Positions 57,998 to 64,000 of a DNA stretch of 64,000 nt are shown piece after piece. Within the stretch, counting starts at the first letter, position 1. The number at the start of each line of letters is the position of its first letter. The position numbers were made by a program, and so were the translations under genes. The stretch is from Thermoanaerobaculales bacterium (GTDB taxonomy: Bacteria > Acidobacteriota > Thermoanaerobaculia > Thermoanaerobaculales > Sulfomarinibacteraceae), in NCBI GenBank assembly GCA_025456145.1, contig JALOLD010000003.1, forward strand, positions 18,209 to 82,208, in the 5' to 3' direction. The notes below the pieces were generated by a model, which was not told the origin of the DNA, searched no databases, and was given only the letters and a program-made list of their open reading frames with translations.

Positions 57998-60067
57998 GTG
58001 CGGAGTTGGCTGCAGACTGGTCGGCGGAGGGCGCCGTTGGCGGCCGGGGCCTGCCTGCTCCTCGTCTCCGGCATCGCGAGCGCCGACGACGACTGTACCA
58101 AGTTCTTCCAGCCGCCCCTCATCGTCAGCCAACCAAGCTGGCACGACCCCGCGAACTGGAGCCCGGTCGGGGTTCCCGATCCCACGGACGTCGCCTGTCT
58201 CTACGAGGCCGGAATCTACGAGGTCCAAGTGACCCAGCCGGTGACCATCGCCGGTCTGCGCTTCGACGTCATCGGCATGGCCAACCCGAAGCTCAAGATC
58301 ATCGCGACCGACTTCACCCTCAACGGACCCGGCTACCTGGCCGGCGACACCAAGCTCAAGGTCAACGACGGCGCGGTGCTCGGGACGAGCGGCGGCGGCG
58401 CCCTCGAGGTCCACTCCAAGCTGGTCATCGAGGGCGGGACGGTGGCCGTCGACGTCGACCTCTGGGGCCACCTCAACTGGTGGGGACCGAGCTCGCTGAC
58501 CGGTGCGCTCACCACCCATCCGGGCAGCGTCATCGAGGTCGAGGAACCGATGATGGAGGCCCACCTCTCGGTGGCCCAGGGCTTCACCAACCACGGCGCG
58601 ATCGTCCTCAACGACATCGTCACCCAGTCGCTCACCGTGACCGGCGGCGGGCTGGTCAACGCGGCCGGCGCGACGATCTCGACCTCGGTGGTGTCGGGGC
58701 TGGCGGTTCCGGCGCCCGAGCTCCGGGGGGCCATCGACAACAACGGTCTGGTCGCGGTCGCCGGGCTCGACCTCCGCCTCCAGGCCGACGGCGTCAGCCA
58801 CCTCAACGGCGAGAAGGGGACCATCGAGGTCGCGGACGCCGAGCTCGAGCTCGACCTCGGCGGGGTCCTCGACGTGCCGTCGAACTTCACCAACTACGGG
58901 ACGACGACGGCCGCCGGCGGCGGGACGATCCGGGTGATCGGCTCGGCCGGCGCCACCGACGTGCCGTCGAACTTCACCAACTACGGGACGACGACGGTGG
59001 CGAACGGCGGCACCATCCGGGTCATCGGCTCGGCCGGCGCCACCGACTCGACACCGATGACCTTCCTCAACGCCGGCGACATCGACATCGCCGGGGGCGG
59101 CGCCTTCGAGCTGGTGAACGCGATCCTCGACAACCCGGTCTCCGGCCGGGTCCTCGGCGACGGAACCCTCGACCTGACCCTCGCCGCGGGGGCGACCTTC
59201 GACGGCACCTTGAGCCCCGGCCACTCGCCGGGCGTGCTCACCGTGGCCGGGGAGATCGCGGTCGGCCCGGGCTCGCGGGTGGCGATCGAGGTCGGCGGCG
59301 AGCAGCCGGGGGTCGACCTCGACCGGCTCGACGTGACCGGCGTCTTCGGGGCCGGCGGCACCCTCGACGTGAGCCTCGCGGGTCTGTATCAGCCGGCCGG
59401 GGGCGAGCGCTACCAGGTGCTGACCTTCGGCGGGCTCAGCGGGTGGTTCGACGACCTGTCGCTGCCGCCCCTCGGCAACCTGCTCGGCTGGGCGGTCGAC
59501 GTCGGCGCCACCGAGCTCGCCCTCGACGTCGTCTGCCAGGGCACCGAGCTCGGTCTCGCGCTCACTCCGGACCGCGATCCGGTGTCGGTCGGGCACGAGG
59601 TCGTGCTCCGGGCGCGGGTCGACAACGGGTCAGCGGTGCCGGCGACCGGCGTGGTGGTCAGCGCGGTGCTTCCCTCCGAGCTCGTCTTCCGACCGGACCT
59701 GTCCTCGCCGGGCTGCGTCCTGACCGGCGCCACCGTCGACTGCACGATCGCGGGGGTCGTCCCGGGCGGCGCCGTCGAGCTCGCGATCGGGCTCGAGCCG
59801 GTGGTCGTCGGAGATCTCGCGGCCGACGGTAGCGTCGGCTCGTGGGAGTGCGACACCGAGCCCGCCGACAACCAGGCGACTGGCCTCGTCCGTGTCGTCG
59901 CGGCCGAGCCGTGCGACGCCGACGGGAGCTTCTCGATCGACGGTGGCGATCTGGCGCCCGCCGCGGGCCACATCTTCGGCGCCGTGGCGCCGGGCAACCC
60001 GGACTGCAGGGTGGGAAACGGCGTCACCGCCGACGATCTCGCCGCGATCATCGACGCGGCCCAATAA
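57998..60067 (+). CDS. Secreted beta-helix/adhesin-like repeat protein with a DUF11-like domain and a dockerin/EF-hand-like C-terminus
   Basis: The signal peptide is MRSWLQTGRRRAPLAAGACLLLVSGIASA. There are repeated G/T/N-rich beta-solenoid-like segments, including an exact 29-aa tandem repeat. The DUF11-like region is PVSVGHEVVLRARVDNGSAV. The C-terminal region is DADGSFSIDGGDL ... GNGVTADDLAAII. Confidence 0.75.
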   Translation: MRSWLQTGRRRAPLAAGACLLLVSGIASADDDCTKFFQPPLIVSQPSWHDPANWSPVGVPDPTDVACLYEAGIYEVQVTQPVTIAGLRFDVIGMANPKLKIIATDFTLNGPGYLAGDTKLKVNDGAVLGTSGGGALEVHSKLVIEGGTVAVDVDLWGHLNWWGPSSLTGALTTHPGSVIEVEEPMMEAHLSVAQGFTNHGAIVLNDIVTQSLTVTGGGLVNAAGATISTSVVSGLAVPAPELRGAIDNNGLVAVAGLDLRLQADGVSHLNGEKGTIEVADAELELDLGGVLDVPSNFTNYGTTTAAGGGTIRVIGSAGATDVPSNFTNYGTTTVANGGTIRVIGSAGATDSTPMTFLNAGDIDIAGGGAFELVNAILDNPVSGRVLGDGTLDLTLAAGATFDGTLSPGHSPGVLTVAGEIAVGPGSRVAIEVGGEQPGVDLDRLDVTGVFGAGGTLDVSLAGLYQPAGGERYQVLTFGGLSGWFDDLSLPPLGNLLGWAVDVGATELALDVVCQGTELGLALTPDRDPVSVGHEVVLRARVDNGSAVPATGVVVSAVLPSELVFRPDLSSPGCVLTGATVDCTIAGVVPGGAVELAIGLEPVVVGDLAADGSVGSWECDTEPADNQATGLVRVVAAEPCDADGSFSIDGGDLAPAAGHIFGAVAPGNPDCRVGNGVTADDLAAIIDAAQ
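58871..59044 (+). repeat. Two tandem 87-bp near-identical coding repeats
   Basis: GACGTGCCGTCGAACTTCACCAACTACGGGACGACGACGG... occurs at 58871 and again at 58958. It encodes DVPSNFTNYGTTT...GGTIRVIGSAGAT twice. Confidence 0.9.
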
Positions 60068-60174
60068 CCCGAGCAGGCGGACCCCATCGTCGCACCGAAA
60101 CCTCGTCGGGACGGCGGGCAAGGATGCCGGCCGCTCCAACAGGTCTGCGCACCTCTCCTTGTAGTTGCAGGCTT

Positions 60175-60963
60175 CTAGCCTGGGCGAGGGGCCTTCCGGT
60201 AGCAGGTCAGATGACCGTCGCTGGACAAGCGCTCGAAGACCGGCGGCAGGAACTCCTCGAGGCAGTCGGCGATCGAGAAGACGACGACCGCTCCGGGCTC
60301 GGCGGCGAGGGCCTCGGAGAGCCGTTCGTAAAACCTCCGACCGATCCCCTCGGGACGGACCGGGCGGTAGAGGTAGACGAAGTCCCAGCCGCCGAGGGCG
60401 GTCGTCAGGACGTCCTCGGTGCGCCACTCGACCCGGTCGTCGGGGATGGCGAGCCAGCGCTGGAGGGCCCTCCCGATCTCGACCATCCGGCTCGAGATCT
60501 CGATCTGGCAGCACCGCGCGTGCGGCGACAGGCGCTGGAGCAGCAGGCCCTGGAGGCCGTTGCCGGCCCCCAGGTCGACGCTCCGGCTCGCCGGATGGAG
60601 GAACCGCCCGGACCGGAGGATCGGGCTGAGGCCCCCGGCATGGGCCCAGTAGCCGCCGCTCGCGTCGACCCGGCGCCGCTCGTCGGCGGTGTAGGGCGCC
60701 TCGTGCATGTGGAGGTGGGCGTAGAGCTCGAGGAACGCCTCCTCGAGGGCCTCGGGATCGTCGCCGCGGCAGGCCTCGGCGACGCCCGCCGACAGTTCGG
60801 TCCAGCGTGGAAAGAGGCTCTCCGCGTCGGGAGGCGGCTCGGGCCGTGTCGTGAGCACCCTCATGAGCTCGACTAGCCGCCGGCGCTCGGTCCGGTCGGA
60901 CATCGCGCCGGCGAGCAGCCAGTCCGCCGCCTCGAGGTCGGGTGGCCCCGCCCGCCGGCTCAC
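60175..60963 (-). CDS. Class I SAM-dependent methyltransferase
   Basis: Motif I is VDLGAGNGLQGLLL and the fold-typical spacing is present. GTG 60963 overlaps the upstream stop (GTGA); an alternative ATG lies at 60903. Confidence 0.75.
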   Translation of the reverse strand: MSRRAGPPDLEAADWLLAGAMSDRTERRRLVELMRVLTTRPEPPPDAESLFPRWTELSAGVAEACRGDDPEALEEAFLELYAHLHMHEAPYTADERRRVDASGGYWAHAGGLSPILRSGRFLHPASRSVDLGAGNGLQGLLLQRLSPHARCCQIEISSRMVEIGRALQRWLAIPDDRVEWRTEDVLTTALGGWDFVYLYRPVRPEGIGRRFYERLSEALAAEPGAVVVFSIADCLEEFLPPVFERLSSDGHLTCYRKAPRPG

Positions 60964-62087
60964 GGCCCGTCGTCGGTCGCCGGGGGTGAGAGCAGGATCG
61001 CGAGGCGGCGACCGACCTGGTTGAGCGCCACGACCGCGGCGTCGGGGCGCGCGAGCTGGACGACCAGGTGGAGCTCGCCCGCCTCGGCCTCCCCGTCGTG
61101 GACGACCCGGACCCTCGCCACGACCGGGTCTTCGATCTCGATCGTCCTCGGCAGGTCGGGAGCGCTCAGGCCGCGGATCGAGACGACGATCCGGGGGGGC
61201 TCGCCGGCCATCTCGAGGGTCCGGGCGCAGCCCTGGGGGAGGCGCCCGTCGGCGGTGAGCAGGAGGACGGTCCCACCGTCGCCGCGCGGCGAGGTGGCGA
61301 GCTCGACGATGGCGGTCGCCGGTCGGTCGTCGGAGGCCGGCGTCGCGACGGGACCGCCGACCTCTCGTGCCTCAGCGTCCGGCGCCGGGTCGGCGGCCGG
61401 TCTCGTCGGCATTGGCGTCGCCACGGGTGTCGCGGTCGGGGTCGCCGTCGGCGTCGGCGTGGCGGTAACCGTCGGTGTCGGCGTCTCCGTGGGTGTTTGG
61501 GTCGGGGTGGGGGTCGGGGTCGCGGTCGCCGTGGCGGCCGGCGTCGCCGTCGCGATCGGCATGGCCGGCCCGGTCGGTGTCGCTGTCGCGGTCCCTGTCT
61601 CTGCCGCTGTCCCTGACGCTGCCGCTGTCCCTGTCCCTGACGCTGGCGCTGCCGCAGCTCCCTCCGGCGCACCGCCGATGACGAGGGTGAGCCGAAGGCC
61701 CTCGGGTCGTACACCGACGACCCGCGCCTCGGGGTCGGCGAGATCGACCACGACTAGCAGCTCGGGGGCGGCCGCCGACCCGCTGGGAACGAGCCGGACC
61801 CCCGCGACATAGCGGTCGCCGACCGTGAGGCCCGAGTCGCGAAGGGCGGAGACGAACCCCGGGAGGACGGCGACGGTGCGGGGCGGGTCGTCGAGGGGGT
61901 AGAGCCTGACCCCCGCCGCCCCGGCGGGCGCCGTGAGGTTGACCACCACCAGCGTGTGCCCGGCGGCGTCGTGGGCCCAGGTCAGTCCGTCGACCTCGGC
62001 GCCGCGGACCGGCAGGGGGGCGGCGAGGAGGAGCAGGGCGGCCCAGCCCACGGCCGGCCACCCCCGACGGAGTCGGAGATCGGGCAT
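60960..62087 (-). CDS. Secreted protein with two AMIN-like domains separated by a Thr/Pro/Ala-rich linker
   Basis: The signal peptide is GWPAVGWAALLLLAAPLPVRGA. The N- and C-terminal beta-rich segments (VVVNLTAP...VRLVPSG and RIVVSIRGL...VRVVHDG...LHLVVQL) fit the AMIN pattern. The linker is ATPTPTPTQTPTETPTPTVTATPTPTATPTATP. Confidence 0.65.
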   Translation of the reverse strand: MPDLRLRRGWPAVGWAALLLLAAPLPVRGAEVDGLTWAHDAAGHTLVVVNLTAPAGAAGVRLYPLDDPPRTVAVLPGFVSALRDSGLTVGDRYVAGVRLVPSGSAAAPELLVVVDLADPEARVVGVRPEGLRLTLVIGGAPEGAAAAPASGTGTAAASGTAAETGTATATPTGPAMPIATATPAATATATPTPTPTQTPTETPTPTVTATPTPTATPTATPVATPMPTRPAADPAPDAEAREVGGPVATPASDDRPATAIVELATSPRGDGGTVLLLTADGRLPQGCARTLEMAGEPPRIVVSIRGLSAPDLPRTIEIEDPVVARVRVVHDGEAEAGELHLVVQLARPDAAVVALNQVGRRLAILLSPPATDDGP

Positions 62088-62146
62088 GGCGAATGATACC
62101 CCGGCGCGGGATCGTCGGATGACAGGCTCGCGTAGAATGGCCGACG

Positions 62147-63553
62147 ATGTCCGGAATCGCGGATCGCCTGGCCCCCGAGGCCGTCGCCTCGCTCGAGGAG
62201 GGGTCGTTCAGTGACGACGAGCTGCTCGCCGGCGAAAGCACGTCCCTCAACGCCTTCTTCGATCTCGCCAACGCCCGTCGGCTCACCCAGACTTTGTGGT
62301 TCTTCGTCTGCACCCTCGGGATCTACGCCCTGGTCGGCTTCGTCGACGGCAGCCCGGTGCGGGGCGCGGTGGCCGGGCTCGCCCTGGTCGTCGACCTGCT
62401 CCTGCTGCGCCATCGCCACCGCCCGGCGGTCTCGCGCAACATCCGGCAGGTCTCGGCGGCGGTGCTGATCGGCCACCTCGTCGCGCTCCAGCTCTTCCAC
62501 GGCGCCGCGGCGGGAGGGATCGGCGGGTGGTTCGCGCTGCTGCCCCTGATCGCCACGCGGTTCCGTCTCGCCTCGGGGGAGACCGCGGCGCTCTTCGCCT
62601 CGCTCTACGCCGTGATCGCGGTGCGGCTGGTCGGCGAGAGCCTGCTCACCCGCCAGTCGCAGCCCTTTCTCAGCCTCGCCCTGTACGCGCTGCTCTTCAT
62701 CGCCTGCTTCGCCGGGTCCTGGGGCGCGAGCCGACGTCTGGAGGGCCGCTTCGTGACGCGCTGGCGCTCCGAGGCGGCCCGTCACCGGGACCGCCTGCGG
62801 ATGAAGCGCGAGCTCGAGTACGCCCGGGAGATCCAGCTCGGCATGCTGCCGCGCGATGCCCCGCGGCTGCCCTGGCTCGACGTCGCGGCGCTGTCGCTGC
62901 CGGCCACCGAGGTCGGGGGCGACTACTACGACTACTTCCTCCTCGCCCCCGACCGGTTGGCGATCGTGGTCGGCGACGTGACCGGTCACGGGGTGGCGAG
63001 CGGGCTCGTGCTGTCGGGCGTCCGGTCGAGCCTCAACCTGCTCCGCGACGAGCTCGACGCGCCGGCGGCGGTCCTCGGCCGGGTCAACCTCATGCTCAAG
63101 CGGACCTCGGCGCCGCGGATGAACATGACCCTGGCGGTGGTGGTGCTCGACGGCGCGCGGGGGAGGGGAGTCGTCGCGGCCGCGGGTCACCCGCCGCCGC
63201 TGCTGCGGCGAGCCGGCGGTGGGGTCCTCGAGGTCGGCGCCGGTTCGTTCCCCCTGGGTGCGATCGCCGACGCGGCCTATACCGAGGAGCGCATCGGGCT
63301 CGCCGCCGGCGACCTGCTCGTGCTGTTCAGCGACGGTGTGGTCGAGACGATCGACCCGGAGGGCCGGCAGTTCGGGTGGGAGCGCCTCATCCGGCTGCTC
63401 GAGGGGCTGGAGGGCGAGCCGACGGCGAAGGAGGTCCGCGATCTGGTGCTCCGCGAGGTCTGGGACTTCAAGGCCAGCGCCGACCAGGTCGACGACGTGA
63501 CCATCGTGGTCGCCCGGTGGACCGCGGCGTCGTCGGGCGGTCGCGCGGGGTGA
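62147..63553 (+). CDS. Membrane-associated PP2C/SpoIIE-family serine phosphatase (RsbU-like)
   Basis: There are N-terminal TM helices. Further motifs are REIQLGMLP, GGDYYDYF, VVGDVTGHGVASGL, LFSDGVVE and DDVTIVV. Confidence 0.88.
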   Translation: MSGIADRLAPEAVASLEEGSFSDDELLAGESTSLNAFFDLANARRLTQTLWFFVCTLGIYALVGFVDGSPVRGAVAGLALVVDLLLLRHRHRPAVSRNIRQVSAAVLIGHLVALQLFHGAAAGGIGGWFALLPLIATRFRLASGETAALFASLYAVIAVRLVGESLLTRQSQPFLSLALYALLFIACFAGSWGASRRLEGRFVTRWRSEAARHRDRLRMKRELEYAREIQLGMLPRDAPRLPWLDVAALSLPATEVGGDYYDYFLLAPDRLAIVVGDVTGHGVASGLVLSGVRSSLNLLRDELDAPAAVLGRVNLMLKRTSAPRMNMTLAVVVLDGARGRGVVAAAGHPPPLLRRAGGGVLEVGAGSFPLGAIADAAYTEERIGLAAGDLLVLFSDGVVETIDPEGRQFGWERLIRLLEGLEGEPTAKEVRDLVLREVWDFKASADQVDDVTIVVARWTAASSGGRAG

Positions 63554-63559
63554 GCGGGC

Positions 63560-63705
63560 AGGCCTGTTCAAGCCCGTGGAAGGTGGGTTGCAAGGTGGGT
63601 TGGTTGTCAGGCGGGATTGTTAATGGTGGGTCGAGTTGGTAGGTTTTTGACACGGGCCGCTTGAACAGATCCGATGAGCCGTGACCGAGGTCCTTAGCTC
63701 ATCCT
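63560..63705 (-). ncRNA. Candidate small RNA (C/A-rich, two hairpins) expressed from the orphan promoter at 63712-63740
   Basis: The predicted transcript starts AGGAUGAGC-(17 nt)-GCUCAUC. A long stem follows, CUGUUCAAGCGGCCCGUG ... CACGGGCUUGAACAG, enclosing about 70 nt of C/A-rich sequence with two tandem CAACCCACCUU units. There is no canonical terminator, so the 3' end is uncertain. Confidence 0.3.
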
Positions 63706-63711
63706 GAATTG

Positions 63712-63740
63712 AATATATAAGCAATAAGTTAATTTGTCAA
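63712..63740 (-). promoter_or_regulatory. Near-consensus sigma70 promoter with no downstream ORF (orphan)
   Basis: The minus strand reads TTGACA (63735-63740), a 17-nt spacer (AATTAACTTATTGCTTA), then TATATT (63712-63717). It lies in the most AT-rich patch of the window, between two convergent 3' ends. Confidence 0.55.
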
Positions 63741-63801
63741 GCCCCGGCCGGTGGCCATTCGCTCCAGGGCCCGGCCGACCTCCGGCACGACCGATCGAGG
63801 A

Positions 63802-64000
63802 TCAGGGTCGTACCCGGCCGCCGGCTGGACGCGGACCGGACGCGGTGGCGACGAGCCGGATGTTGTCGATGTACCAGCCGACCGCGCCGTTGCAGCCGTC
63901 GACCCCGAGGTCGAAGCGCAGGGCGATCCGGTCGCCCGGGGCGACCAGGGCGGCGAGGTCGACCTGGCTCTGCCCCCAGCTGCCGCTGAAGGTGCCCTGG
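63802..64000 (-). CDS. C-terminal fragment of a secreted protein (5'-truncated by the window edge)
   Basis: Absent from the ORF track. The reverse frame reads ...QGTFSGSWGQSQVDLAALVAPGDRIALRFDLGVDGCNGAVGWYIDNIRLVATASGPRPAGGRVRP, with the stop at 63802-63804. GWYIDNIRL is typical of the last strand of jelly-roll/MAM-like C-terminal domains. Confidence 0.6.
   Translation of the reverse strand, partial: QGTFSGSWGQSQVDLAALVAPGDRIALRFDLGVDGCNGAVGWYIDNIRLVATASGPRPAGGRVRP

Noticed and set aside
61380-61660. A periodic GTCGGC/GTCGCC tract that superficially resembles a short-repeat array or CRISPR-like periodicity.
   Set aside because: It is the coding sequence of a Thr/Pro/Ala linker inside the AMIN protein gene. 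It has no repeat-spacer organisation, and the unit length of 6 nt is far too short for CRISPR.
63468-63653. A 61-aa ORF (GTG start, MSKTYQLDPPLTIPPDNQPTLQ...) lying downstream of the orphan promoter.
   Set aside because: It has no SD and uses codons that are rare for this genome (TTA, ACA, CAA, CCA). Its second half is antisense to the phosphatase gene and Arg/Pro-rich. A non-coding RNA is the more economical reading, although a small protein cannot be fully excluded.

Overview
The window is 64 kb of gene-dense, very GC-rich bacterial chromosome. The taxon cannot be determined from sequence alone; the gene content (TPR Ser/Thr kinases, multiheme cytochromes, a YYY/DUF2298 membrane protein) suggests Acidobacteriota, Myxococcota or a similar high-GC lineage, which is inference only. 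I support 41 protein-coding genes. Two of them are truncated at the window edges and absent from the ORF track (1..1472 minus, 63802..64000 minus). I also support one tRNA-Leu(CAA), one TPP riboswitch, two hairpin terminators, several sigma70-like promoters and several repeat or palindromic elements. I saw no rRNA, CRISPR array, transposase or integrase. Many of the long ORFs in the track are Arg/Gly/Pro-rich shadow frames antisense to real genes, and I rejected them. The findings I rate highest are: (1) a divergent respiratory pair, an ImcH/NapC-like 6-heme membrane cytochrome and a single 1,050-aa polypeptide with 23 CxxCH motifs fused to a C-terminal b-type cytochrome membrane domain (39.3-44.2 kb); (2) a 1,583-aa fusion of a fatty-acyl-AMP-ligase-like domain, an unassigned central region and a GNAT domain, whose stop codon is 1 nt from the start of a 7-TM membrane protein gene (44.3-49.9 kb); (3) an unannotated TPP riboswitch with a readable SD-sequestering platform in front of a TonB-dependent receptor (18.0-18.2 kb); (4) an orphan near-consensus promoter and a C/A-rich structured candidate sRNA in an AT-rich island between two convergent genes (63.56-63.74 kb); (5) palindrome-dense non-coding elements at 3.85-4.26 kb and next to the tRNA. 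All functional calls come from motif recognition by eye. No database search was run.
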